Positions 40,082 to 52,885 are shown, numbered from the whole stretch's first letter. The stretch is 63,703 bases of DNA, filler included, from Reticulomyxa filosa (GCA_000512085.1; 23 parts of 23 records of this genome joined end to end with filler, not necessarily neighbours in it); one strand, 5' to 3'. Notes: generated by a model not told the origin, from the sequence alone. Translations and numbers: made by a program.

Positions 40082-40560
40082 AAACAGGACCGCTTGCAGT
40101 ATTTGAAAGGAAGTAATCATCTCATTGTTCATGAAATCGATTTCGTTGTTCGCAAACATATCTTGGAACCAAACTCACGAAATGTCGCTAATCATTGCGT
40201 CGATGTACATTCGCTTTGCAATGGCACAAACGCTGTATTTATCTGGACATTGATAAAGTTCGACAAAGCAATGATAAAAAAGCTGATAAATCGTTAGTGC
40301 AAGTGGAAGAGATTTCAGTAAAACATAACGTTTCTGGCTTGATGCAGACAACGCAAATACGCTATCAGAAATTGGATGGATCATTTTCGATGGAAATCGC
40401 ACTTTTTGTTGATAGCGTTGTATAAGATTTCTAACGTGTGAGAATCCTTTTCGAATGACCGAAAATAAACAGTTGTGGAATTGGTAATGGCATTGAATGT
40501 GCAACACGCGTTGCAAGACTTGATACAAATGCAATTTCACTAATGCAGCAATATAATAAA
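40082..40560 (+). mobile_element. Possible decayed hAT-like transposase (BED-finger remnant)
   Basis: Broken frames give CSQ-(C)KHILEPNSRNVANHCVDVH (BED-like CxxC..H...H) and NPFRMTEN (resembles hAT PF.ivEn). Many stops. Confidence 0.35.
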
Positions 40561-41922
40561 ATAGAGCAACTAGTCTTAATTGCCCGATTGGTTGACATTT
40601 AATATAAAGTAATACATCAAGGCGCATCGGCAGCATGAGCTAATACAACGTATACGTGAGTAGAAGTTTATCAAAATCAAAATATGGTTTAGTCTCGAAG
40701 GATAAAGGTATTTATTGACTAAATGTAAATCATTTTCAAGTTTGACGAAACATATTGAAAGGCAACACAAGTATTATGAGATCAAGTGTATCATTATACA
40801 AAAGAAAAGATATTAATAAAGATCAGGACAAGTAAATGAGAAATTAGTTGTCAACAGTACAATCAGATCGTCTAACAAACTAGATATTATACAAGTTTTA
40901 CATTAATAGTAATTGGAGTTAAATGACATTAGCATAGAAAGCAAGATAATAGTTATAAAAATGTGGTCAAGCAAGTTATTGATAATAAAAGTGATATAAA
41001 TTGAATAATAAATATTGTACATTATCGATAACAAGAAGTAAGTATAAGTCAAAGTCAACAATTTAACAAAACTAGTCAATATACGAATATGTACACGATA
41101 AATGATGATTTGAGTATCAATTAGCCAATGCACTAGGAAAACTACAACACGTATACAACGTTTATGTATAGCAAAAGTCATCAAGATGCATTTATGCAAC
41201 AATATGGTATCTAGCAAATGACATAGCTATTTTAATTCCCTTTTGTACATACAGTATATGATACATTTTAGTTTTTAGCATATATTTAGTGGCCGAAGCA
41301 ACATGTGAAACAATAGCCAAAGAGTTTATAGTAGTGTTTATACGTACATTTGATCGGGTAATGAAGCACTATCACACACAAGCAACGATCCAAATCGCAT
41401 GAATCTTGTATTCACTAACTATCACTTGGTATGTGGAAATGAAAATTAACATGAATATGAATATGCATATGTTGACTTAGTATTGATAACGTAAACATAA
41501 TAAATGAACTAGTACATTATTATGCAATGAGAAAGCAAGTGAAAGACGAAAACATATTAGTGCAGGAATTTTATTTGGAAAAAGACTGATTGATGTATAA
41601 CTGTCATAAAGCAATATTTTTTCAATGGAATTTCACCAATCGATAGAAAATAGTTTTTCATAACGTACTAGATTACAATTCAATTTTATTTTTTATTTTT
41701 AATCTTTGAAATTAGTAGTCATTTTTAGTATATTTTGATATGATCCAAGCATTCTCTTTCAAATATGAAAAGACAAAGTAACAACAAGGTTTTTTTTNNN
41801 NNNNNNNNNNNNNNNNNNNNNNNNNNNNNNNNNNNNNNNNNTTAATTAATTAANNNNNNNNNNNNNNNNNNNNNNNNNNNNNNNNNNNNNNNNNNNNAAA
41901 AAAAAAAAAAAAAAAAAAGATA

Positions 41923-42745
41923 TCAACTATCGGGGGCATTACGCCAACATTCGTCAATACTCCTTAAAATGAACTCGGTCGAACAGTCGTATTTTTCGTC
42001 GGTATTGCCTTGAACATTTCGATAACGCTGACGTAGCATCAGTCGCTTCGGCGACTCGCTTTGACTTGTTACATTCAATTCCTGGCGATCGTCCTCGCTG
42101 ATCGAAGTCGGCAATTGAATGCCTAAATACAAATAATGCAAGTACACTTCGTCGATGCTGTTGTCATCGCCGTCCATTTTTTCGTTTCGATAGTGGTAAT
42201 AATTACTTAAAAACGGACAAGTGACCACCTTTTTGTCCATTTTTCTGTTCATTTCTTCGGGTTCTGTTTTTTCTTCTGTTTTTGCCTCTATCTTTATCTC
42301 GTTTTCTTTTTTTTCTTTGTCTTTTGTCTTTTGTCTTTTGTCTTTTTCTTTTTCTTTTTCTTTTTCTTTTTCTTTGTCTTTTTCTTTTTCTTTGTCTTTT
42401 GGCTTGCTTGTGCTTTTCACCAGTTCCTTTTCATTTGCAATTTGTGTGTGTGTGTGTGTCTCGCACATTCATTCCGGTGCTTGTTTTATTTTATATACAC
42501 ATATACCATTGTCAGCGGCTGGTCGATTTTTAACTTTACTGATATTGCCGATAAATAAGGGGAAAACGCATACGTGGCAATTAATCTTGCAATGACCGGG
42601 ATATACAGCTCAAATGTTGAGAGGCCGGACGATACTGCCGCATTTATTTCTAAAGAGATTTGATGGCAGATCCCTTCATTACGCAGTTTTTGTGCTGTGA
42701 CAAAAGCTGTTAACTCTGGATTATTATTCGAAAAGGACATTTTCA
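41923..42745 (-). CDS. Hypothetical protein with KE/KD repeat (partial)
   Basis: Two exons separated by a (CA)n-containing intron. DEVYLHYLYLG is weakly like the N-terminus of dual-specificity phosphatases, but no HCxxGxxR is visible. Confidence 0.5.
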
Positions 42746-43381
42746 ATGTCAAATTTATTTACAATAATTAGGCCCCCTGAAGTATTTGTTGAAAACTAGT
42801 GCCGTACACAGTTTTGATTCACCGCAGTACATAATTTATTTGTTTATACTATCATTAAATGACGTAAGATAGATCCCCTTCCCACTATTAAGCTTCACGC
42901 GACAAATCTGTCAATTGTATACAGTTGTGAGCTTTTTTTTTTTATTTTATTTGAAAAGAAATAAATATTATGATATAAAAAAAAGGTGCTGTTTGCACGA
43001 AAATTTTATGGCAGTTGAGATGTTGAGTTTTTTTCACATGTGTTTGTGAATAACGGCAAATTTGCAATAGTTAAATGTATATATACACTATAAGCAAAAA
43101 TACAATACGGTGACTGCCAAGTATTTTTTTGTGACCCAATCGGAAACAACACTTTTAAAAACAATAGAGCCTAACGAAATGATGTGCAGATGGAAAAGGG
43201 GGGGGGGGGAAAAAAATTGGGAGTATTCTTATTCTTTTCACATTGACGTGAAAATGACTTTTTTTTTTAAAAAAAAAAAAAAAAATAGGAGAAAATTAGT
43301 TGATTAGGTGTCATTTTTTTTTTATTTTATTTTTTTTAATTTACTAAAAATAATGCGAAGAGACAGCAACGTTACAAAATT

Positions 43382-43939
43382 TTATAAATCAAGATCAGCG
43401 AGTTTTGAAGAATAAGGAGTGCTTGGCGGTATATTGTGTGTGGCCGTAGGAGCGGTATCATCAGCATGATGAAGAAGAAGATTCCTTTCTGGGTTTAGTT
43501 TGGGAAGTGACTGCACTTGAGACAACCCATGTCGAAGTTTGAAGACACCAAACAAGCGTCTTTCCTTACTGACCACATCATCGTCATCATCGTCATCATC
43601 GTCATCATCGTCGTCGTCAGTGTCAGTGAAGAACAGTTCTGCCTTGACAGATTGATTAGAATACCCAGTGGTGCCTACGCTGCCTTTGGCTATAACTTTG
43701 CCGTCGCTGTCATTGATTAGACTAAACTCAATGCTCTTTCCGCCCAGCAGCGAATTCAACACGACGAATGTCAACGACGTAGGGAGCGTCGTTGCGTTGG
43801 TGATATCGCCGACTATTTGTTCGCAGGGATGCTTGTGCTCAAAGTCAGTTAGAAACGCGTCGCACGTTATTTGTAAGGTCACTTTGTTTTCCGATATTGC
43901 AAACTCGGACGTCGCTATCTCCAGTCCGTCAATCTTCAT
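43382..43939 (-). CDS. Hypothetical intronless protein with poly-Asp; possibly beta-sandwich/C2-like
   Basis: Complete 185-aa ORF with coding-like GC and an alternating beta-strand pattern. Confidence 0.55.
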   Translation of the reverse strand: MKIDGLEIATSEFAISENKVTLQITCDAFLTDFEHKHPCEQIVGDITNATTLPTSLTFVVLNSLLGGKSIEFSLINDSDGKVIAKGSVGTTGYSNQSVKAELFFTDTDDDDDDDDDDDDDDVVSKERRLFGVFKLRHGLSQVQSLPKLNPERNLLLHHADDTAPTATHNIPPSTPYSSKLADLDL

Positions 43940-44419
43940 TTCGTACTGTTGCGATTGACTTCTGTTCTTTCAGTGTTTTTCCAACCATATATATATATTA
44001 TTTGTTAAACACAATACAAACATCCATACCAAAAAAAAAATCTATTTTTTTTTTTGTTGGTATAATTTAAAAGAAATTACTCAACGTTTCTAATCGATTC
44101 AAAAATGAATTGACCATCTCCGCACCTTGTTGGCAATGTGTCAACCACCACAAGTGTCCTGCTCCTCTGTAATAATATAATTCATCCAAACAAACAAAAG
44201 ATATATGGATTAAGTGAATGTTTTGCAAGCATGTTGCATGTTGCATGCAACAACATGCAACAACATGCAACATGCNNNNNNNNNNNNNNNNNNNNNNNNN
44301 NNNNNNNNNNNNNNNNNNNTTAATTAATTAANNNNNNNNNNNNNNNNNNNNNNNNNNNNNNNNNNNNNNNNNNNNATTATTATTATTATTATTATTATTA
44401 TTATTGTCATTGTTAACAG

Positions 44420-45056
44420 ACTGAAGGCAAGATTAGACTGGAATGGGATAATCGAAGTTTTTTTGTATTGGTGAAAAAGAAATTACGAGACGTAGCTGAG
44501 TTGGTTGAATTATCCCATCGCATACATAACTATTTGACAAACTATGAGCACATTTGCTTGGAAAAAATTAACACTTTGTCGCAAGCACTGAAGTTAGTTG
44601 CGGTTCATCCTTCCCAAAGTGAGCCCGACCCCAGTTCTCTTACTTTGCATCACATTGTTGACAAATATTTCACCTGCCAAAATCACCAGGAGTTTTTAGA
44701 CTTTGTTCAATCCAAAATGCCTCCCGATGAACATATTCGTATTGTTCCAGTCTCTAAAGACCAGTTTTCTATAGCTTCTTTTTGTATTGGATTCATAAAC
44801 CTATATATGTTTATGTATATGTGTGCACAGTTGGAAGTATCTCCAAGTGATGGAATCAATATCTAAGTTTCTTAAACTTTATCCAGATTTGAGACCTCGT
44901 GCAATTGCAAGGATTTTCCACGGGTTGAGTTCCGTTGGTTATCCGATTCGAGAGTGGGGAGGTAATGAATTTTGGGGAATTCATTCCGATTTTCCTTTTT
45001 TGCAGTTAATGGACATGATTTCTGAATCTCTTACAAGCAATCATTTGACTACATAA
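44420..45056 (+). CDS. RECQL4: RecQ4-type helicase, C-terminal exons
   Basis: PRAIARIFHGLSSVGYPIREWGGNEFWG...FPFLQLM matches the RecQ4 C-terminal RAVARIFHGI.SP.YP...FW motif. Confidence 0.8.
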
Positions 45057-45468
45057 TTTTTTTTTAACTTATTTAATAAAAATGGTAATTGCTTTTTTTT
45101 TGTTATTCTATTTATTTAATTGCATAAAGTTTTTTGAGAGTTCAAACGTTTTACATCCGCTAGTCGTTCCTATCATTTCCCTTGGATCTTTTCTACAAAC
45201 AACATTTGTACTTTTAGGTAAACCATAAAAGATAAACGACAAAAAAAAATAAAGATATTTGATCATGTTTTTAATCGATGTACAGCTGGCTTAGTTTTTC
45301 ATGTGTAGTTATGATATCTATATACATTTGCTGTATCATTATAACAAAACAATACATAACAAATACTTGGAACGAATACCGTGGATGTCAAAAAAAGTCC
45401 TGTAATTCCTTAGGAACGCTCCATCATTGTTTAATACATAAAAGGAAAATCATAAGAAAAGATAAGAT

Positions 45469-46305
45469 ATGAGTAATACGCAACATAGACAGCTGGATCC
45501 GCTACGAGACGCTCCTGAAGAGCACAAACTGGAATCAGACTGTATGCCCTTGATAGTACACGAAGAAAACCGACGAAGAGCGTCATCATGGATGCCACCA
45601 ATGGCAGATGCGCCAAGGCAGCGTGGACAAACTATAGCAGAAATAGCCGTGAATTTTCCATTTGCAAATGCAGTGCCATTTTTGCATCGCGAAAATGTGC
45701 AAGAGACCTATTTTTGTCACATATGTTTTATGAACAATGCGAAACAAGAGGGATTTGCACTATCCAACTGTGGTCACATGTTTTGCACGGAGTGCATCAA
45801 GCAATATTGGAGTAACCGAATTGCACATGGTAACGTGCACTTGCGATGTTTCCATCCAATCAATGACAAGTGGGTATGTGTATATCGTATGTGACATAGT
45901 AACGTGTAATTTTTTTTTTTTTTTTGTAAAAAAAAAAAAAAAAGAGATGAGTATTGCGGAAAAGAGGTAAATGAAATGGATATATTGCAAGTGGTGGACA
46001 AGACAAATGGGGAAAAGTTTTGTCGTTTCAAAGAAAGCTTGAAGAATCCCAATATCCGACAATGCCCAAAGTGCGACCATAGTCAAAGTGGTAGCCCGGA
46101 CCAGCCGACCATGTCTTGTGAAAAGTGCAACACAGTGTACTGCTTCTATCACAGCGTCGCACATCCCATCGAAGAGTGCTGCGAAGCCTATGAGTCCCGC
46201 ATGCTCAAACAAGACAAACTCAATCGAGAAGTTACCGACAACACCAAGCCCTGTCCACATTGCAAGTACCTGATCGAAAAGAGTGGAGGCTGTAATCACA
46301 TGAAG
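45469..46305 (+). CDS. RBR (RING-IBR-RING) E3 ubiquitin ligase, partial
   Basis: RING1 CHICF...CGHMFCTECIKQY, IBR CPKC...CEKC...CFYH...H, RING2 KPCPHCKYLIEKSGGCNHM. Confidence 0.92.
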
Positions 46306-46515
46306 GTTATCCCTTCTTTTTTTTTTTTTTTTTTAATAAATAAATAAATAAATCAATCATACAATAATAATAATAATAATAANNNNNNNNNNNNNNNNNN
46401 NNNNNNNNNNNNNNNNNNNNNNNNNNTTAATTAATTAANNNNNNNNNNNNNNNNNNNNNNNNNNNNNNNNNNNNNNNNNNNNATAATAATAATAATAAGT
46501 AATAAGTAATAAATA

Positions 46516-46827
46516 ATAATTAATAAATAATAAACCTGAGCAGAATGAAATCGCAAATGAACCAAGTCACAAAAGCTGCCGTCATCGTGCATGATTGTAA
46601 CATAGTTGCAATGCTCTTCATATTCCAGTTCTGGTCCATGTTTCCATTTTTCTTGTTCAATGTCTACCACATAGCCACTTCTCGGCGCAATGACTGGAGT
46701 CCCCACACTCACCGCAAAGTCATAGCTATTGTAGTACGCTCCACACGCATGTGAAAATGTTCCTCCCGGTCCTTGCGAACACAAAAATGCTAATCCTGTG
46801 TTTCCATTGCTTTTCATTGAATTGTTA

Positions 46828-46874
<47 letters not shown>

Positions 46875-47090
46875 GCTATTACCATTGACGTTATTCATTT
46901 GCTGTTGGTCCTCTTCTTTTTCTTGCTCCTGTTCACTTTGTTGCTTCAACATGGCAAGCATGTTAAAGTCCAACGCATAAGGCAAAAGATACTCATAATT
47001 GTCGTTGTGTTGTGCCAGTACATTCACTTTGCTATGGAATTGCATTTTTGGGAAATCGGCCTTGTCTCCAATGTCTATAATTGGCATCTT
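46516..47090 (-). CDS. M23-family metallo-endopeptidase (peptidoglycan-hydrolase fold), spliced, partial
   Basis: HNDNYEYLLPY...SQGPGGTFSH...YDFAVSVGTPVIAPRSGYVV...NYVTIMHDDGSFCDLVHL. The terminal HxH exon lies beyond the contig end. Confidence 0.85.
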
Positions 47091-47190
47091 TTGTAAACAC
47101 ACACACACAAAAAAAAAAAAAAAAAACACAACATACATTGAATTGATAGTTATCACTATTATTATTGTTATAATCAATTGTGTAAGTGCA

Positions 47191-47496
47191 TTATTTCAAA
47201 AGTGCACAAAGAAAAAACAGATGGAACGTAACATTGTCTTTTCGAGTCAAATCGCAAAGGAGAACGGTTTTCATTTCGTCAAAGCGGTCGGTGGACTGAG
47301 GCGGCAACACAACAATAAACCAGTTATCACGAACTAGTCGAATGCACTCCTCCAACTCCTTACTCAAGTTGCAATCGTACTTACTGCTATCAAACTCCAC
47401 TCGCACCGACAGTGGAGCAAAGCGGCTTGTATTTACTGCCGATGTTTGCAAACGTCCATCCGAAGTTACATGTGCCCAAACATCATCTTTTTATTA

Positions 47497-47528
<32 letters not shown>

Positions 47529-47922
47529 GTTATTTGTGTCTTTTTTCCTTCCTTTCTTTTCTTCCTCTTCCCCTCCCCTTTTTTTTTTTCTTTTTAAATC
47601 GGTCAGTTTTTTTTTTTTTTTTTTTGCAAGGGTCAATTGTTGTATGTTATACGTACCGTGTAATGTGTGAATTGCTACGACAGCTCAAAACCTTCCAACT
47701 TTTTGCAGTGAAATTGCTCTTTACATTTCAACGCTGCGCCGCTGTCTGTGAACCGAATGTTCGCATAGCAAGTACTTGTTGTCTCAGTCGAATTCTGTCG
47801 ACTGCTGTCACTCCGCAAATCCAATGTGTGCGTTCCCACTTCATTCAACATTTGGGACAACGTATTCGAACGTAAACTCCCTGGCAAACCTTTCATTACT
47901 ACATGTGATCGCACTTCTTCAC

Positions 47923-47925
<3 letters not shown>
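47191..47925 (-). CDS. Upstream exons including an RRM-like domain (possibly the same gene as the M23 domain)
   Basis: VVMKGLP...YANIRFTDSGAALKCKEQFHCKKLEGFELS has RNP2/RNP1 spacing. An in-frame TAG at 47675-47677 leaves the linkage uncertain. Confidence 0.5.
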
Positions 47926-47965
<40 letters not shown>

Positions 47966-48065
47966 NNNNNNNNNNNNNNNNNNNNNNNNNNNNNNNNNNN
48001 NNNNNNNNNTTAATTAATTAANNNNNNNNNNNNNNNNNNNNNNNNNNNNNNNNNNNNNNNNNNNN

Positions 48066-49804
48066 AAGATACCAGACACGAAGGAAACCGAATTCGATGG
48101 TGGAAGTCGCCATCGCAAAGGGCGGCACCACTTGGTTCGACAAGGAAGCAAGAGAAGCGGGTCGACGGCAATGACGACAAAAACGTCGATATAATTGCCA
48201 ACGAGGAAGAAGAAGAAGAAGAAGAAGAAGAAGAAGAGGAGGAGCACAGTAGTGAGTCATTTGGAGAAAAGAACAAAAGGTGTGAACTTTTGTTCGAGAA
48301 AGAAAAGATTTCACATCTTTGTTTATTCGCACTAAACACAATGTGTATATAAAACTGCGCATACGTATACGTAATTTTTTTATTTTTATTTGTTGTTGTT
48401 ATTGAAGTGAGATTGTAGAACGATTTGTGAAAGAGAGTCAATGGCCAGCGAAAATGGAGGACGGCAAGACATGGAGTTCCGTGCTGGGCGTGAATGTGAA
48501 CGTATATGGCCATGGACAGGCCAGCGAGAGTGGGAACACACTTAACACGCTCTCGAACCAGTCGCAAGTGATAGTGCAAAGCCAAGCAAAAGAGACAGAA
48601 AAGAAGGAAAAAGAAGAGAAAGAACGTGGACAGCGTGACACAAAGATCGGCAATAGGACCATTGAGATCTCTTGGTCGAAAGGGCGGGAGACAGCAGCCA
48701 GTGCAAAGAGCCGAAATGAGTCTCGCCACGCTCGAAACAGTGTTCCTGACTTAAGCATGCGGCCCAACTTTGCGCTCGTGAACGAGGAGGCCAAAGCACT
48801 CCAGCGACAAAGGGGAAATAGTGTGACCAATGCGAGCGAGTTGGACAGGAAAGATCATTCATCGTATCGTGCTCCGATGCTGCGATTTACCCAAGACACT
48901 CGCAACAACAATGACAATAACCACGCCGCCAACGATGTTGTTATACATCACACCACTGGCCGTCATCACGGTAGCGAGAGTGAGGACGATACCACAGACG
49001 GGGAGGATGTTGACGATGACAATGATGGTGATGATGATAATGATAGCGATGACATTGGCGATGACCAACATCAAACGAAAAAAGAGGAAGCTATGGCGAT
49101 TGCACAAGCCGATCCCGACGTCCGTGTCATGGGCGAACGTGATATGTTGCTACTGCAGGCCATCTACAATACTCATTTGTCTCCTGCTTTCACTACGCTT
49201 CCTCTTGGAACTGGAAATGATTTTAGCAGGTTCTTTTTTTTTTTTATTTTTTTGCAACCAATCAAAAACAAAAATGTAAAACGAAAGTACTAAAAAAAAA
49301 AAAAAAAAACAAAAAAATTGTTTTCTCTTTGCATGGTTTGGAACATGGAAAAAAACAACAAAAAAGATGCCTTGGGGCAGGACATGTGTATCCAGGCAGT
49401 CGAAATCTCCACTCGCTGATAACAAACTTAAGAAAAGTCGATCGGCGCTTAACTCGCGTCGATCGCTGGGGCGTGAAGTTCCAAAATGCACAGGGTGACA
49501 ACCAAGTGAGACAAATGTCGGAAATGCTGTGCTATTTCAGCATCGGGTACACCGCACAAATCACACTCAAGTTTCAAGAGGCGAGAACGAATGCGCCAAA
49601 CAAGCTGAACAAGCCCTGGCGAAATAAGTTGCAGTACGTCATTTCCGGAGGATCCACGGCCATGGAAGAGTTAACAGGCTTGGCCAAGCCCTTGAATTCT
49701 GTTGTCAGGTTGGAAGTCAATGGACGTCTTGTCAAACTGCCTACTCATTGTCGAAGCATTGTCTTTTCCAATCTCAGTAGTATGGCCGATGGAATTAACT
49801 TTTG
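48066..49804 (+). CDS. Diacylglycerol kinase (catalytic/accessory region), partial
   Basis: LPLGTGNDFSR|CLGAG, VDRWGV, CYFSIGYTA, KFQEAR...RNKLQY, SIVFSNLSSMADGINFW. Confidence 0.88.
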
Positions 49805-50799
49805 GTATTTTTGTTTCTTTTTTGCAACCAATCAAAAAACAGAATAAAAAAATGTAAAACGAAAATAATAATTAACAAAAANNNNNNNNNNNNNNNNNNN
49901 NNNNNNNNNNNNNNNNNNNNNNNNNTTAATTAATTAANNNNNNNNNNNNNNNNNNNNNNNNNNNNNNNNNNNNNNNNNNNNCACATATTGATCTCTTTGC
50001 GTCTTGCTCTTCCTTCTTTTCATTCATCATTTTCCCTTCTGTTGGGTCGCTTCGCTTCTCAATTGTCTTCAGTTCTCCTGATGACAATGCGTTTTATAAA
50101 TTGGCTTCTTTTGACTCAAAATAGGACATTCCGATTGAATTTTAATTCGTACTACTTAAAACCAAACGACACTGTTGCATTTTTATACCCCTTTTTTTTT
50201 TTTTGAACTAGTCAATGCAACTTTCTTTTTTTCAATGAGTAATTTACATTGCTAGTTCCTTCTATCGCTTTCCAGTTTTTTTTTCCTGTAAGACCTCAAG
50301 ACCATACGCACAATCCGAAAGAAGAGATGTTACTCTCGTATGATTGATGGGAAGGGGGAAAGAGTCTGTGTTAGAAAATCATCGAATTGAGAAAGGAATG
50401 AAGCAAATCTGCAAGATTATCCACAAATTGAAGTATTAGACAGTGAAGATAATCTAATTTTTTTGGGAGAATGATTTTCTTTTTTTTTTTTTGCGGGTAG
50501 CTGTTGACTGCACGTTTTAAACAGCACGAAAAAAAAAAAGTGGTATAACAAAGATCTGAGATTAGACTTGAGATACACGTTATACGAAGGAAAAGACAAG
50601 AAGGACAGTAGTATAAAGAAGATAGAAATGACTTAGCATATGATTGTTATACTTTAATCCTTAGCAATACAAAAGAGGTTAAAAGTCCGCGATTGTATTT
50701 TTCCGACGACAGTTTGTGGTTGAACTTTGGAGAGGAAAAGAATAACGACAAGAAATAGCCAGAAGAAAAAAAAAATTGATTGACAGTAAGACGAACAAA

Positions 50800-52360
50800 T
50801 GTATGAAAGCATACGAACAAAGCGGCTGGAACATATGAATACTCCACAATGACTTGAATGCCTTGGAACATTGGATGAGTAGAAAACCAATGATGAGATA
50901 TCATCAAAAATAGTGATAGATGCACTCCAAACTTCGAGGATAAAAGACGATTGCATGAGCGAAATTGAGTGGAAATTGGATAATAACAACAATAACAAAG
51001 AAGAAGAATGAGAGATCAACTGGCATGATTGGAACAGCGACTTTGTAGATTTTTTGAAAGTAATGATGGATGCACGTACGAGTCGTGGATCGTTATGTGT
51101 CATCATTAGTCCCGTCGGTTAGCACCAACTTTTGTTCCAATTCATACATATTTCTGTTCCTTTGCTCCAACCGTTCCAATGCACCTTACCAAAGATTACT
51201 TTCTACTCTGTTTTCGAGTTGTTGTTTTCTTTTTTTGCATATTTTTTTCTACGACACAATTTGATAACTAATTAATAGTAATAATAATAACAATAAAAAG
51301 GAGTTGTTGGGTAAAAGGAAAAAAAATATAGTGATAGGAAAAAAGAAATAGTGAGCTTATGTTTCGACAGAATTGAGATAAAGATATTGGAATATAGCCA
51401 GTTGTACGTCAATCTTATATCCCTTGTTATCAATTGTCTGCTCATCATCTTTGCTATATTTCGACTTGGAGTAGATACTCATTGCTGTTATCTCTTCCAG
51501 TTCGTGTCAGCCAAAGAGCTTGTTCTCGCTTTCTTCAATCCCTTCGTCATTGTCATTGTCATCGCTGGGTTTGTCTTTGTTGGAAAGGAGACTGTATTAT
51601 TATTTGCAAAACCATACATGGTTTGCAAATGTGATGACACCACCCCAATGCATTTTGAACTCGGTCAATTACTTGGCATTGACGATGACTTGTCCCTCTT
51701 TTGAGAAGCTATTGTTTGTCAATATCATCGTGCGTGGAGTGACTACGTCTCCTTTTCGAGGGACTCCAGACCAATGGTGGGATTCCATGCCAATGGACAG
51801 CTGTCGTGTCAACAGCACTTCCTCACATATCTGCTTGTGAAGAGGAGCAAGGCCAACAAGAAAAGGGTGTCCATGTGCAACAAAAAAGAATGGAGTCTCT
51901 CGAAAGATACTCTAAATCGACTTTGACTTGCAAAGATACGAATCTGACTGTCCTTATTGTTGCAATGACATTGAAAGAGTTTGATACAATCACTTGCAAT
52001 TTCAATGGATATGAGCAAAAGAATGATGATGAAACGCAAGCACATATATTGATCTCTACACAAAGTGGAAAACTAGTCACGATAAACTCGTGGACCAACG
52101 AATTGATTTTGAGCATTGGAGCGATCAAGTAGTCACACAACAAGTTGTTATATTCGACCACTTTCGATCCATCGCAATTCCATTTCATTTCCAATATATT
52201 GTGCAAGCCAATCAAAATACAAAGAACTCCAAATCATATCTCTTCTGTCCGTCCCTTTACACTATCGACGCTACTGTCAACCTCAGAGTGAAACATTATT
52301 TCTTCACGCATGTAAAAAGTATCATTCGTCACATATTTTCGTATGACTCGAGGGTCAAAT
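50800..52360 (+). pseudogene. Decayed gene of unknown family
   Basis: Coding-like blocks interrupted by many stops and frameshifts. Confidence 0.3.
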
Positions 52361-52885
52361 AGTCCAATAAAATAATCTTTTTTCAAAACATTGTCTTATT
52401 TTGTTTAATATATCCAAATAAAAAAAAGTCAATTCAGCGTACATTGGCAAGCTTTATTTTATGTGCTTGCTAAATTCTATCTTAATTTGTATTCCTTAAA
52501 TAAAGAAACAGTTTCAATTCAAATCAGATCACGGAAGTGTTCATTTTATTGTAGCAGTTTTTTTTGATCAGGCAACAAACTTGACTCTACAAAATGATCA
52601 CATATTTCAAGAAATTGTATTTAGAAACTTAGCAAAACAAAAAACCAATTGCTCAAGCATCTTCCTTCACAAAAATTAATAAATATAAACAATGCATGGT
52701 GAAAAATTGTTATATTTAACGTCAAATAGTGCAAACTTACAAGAAGAATAAATAAGAAAAGACAAAGCTTATTCAAAGTACGTTCAGGTCATGATCCCTG
52801 GACTAAAAAAAAACGTAATTGGCATTTGACATTAGATCGGGGCTTTGATTTTTCAATAACTTGAATTTCAATCAAAAGATAGAAG

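Noticed and set aside
47675-47677. In-frame TAG as evidence for a reassigned genetic code
   Set aside because: Long conserved exons elsewhere lack in-frame TAG/TAA, and intact genes end at standard stops.
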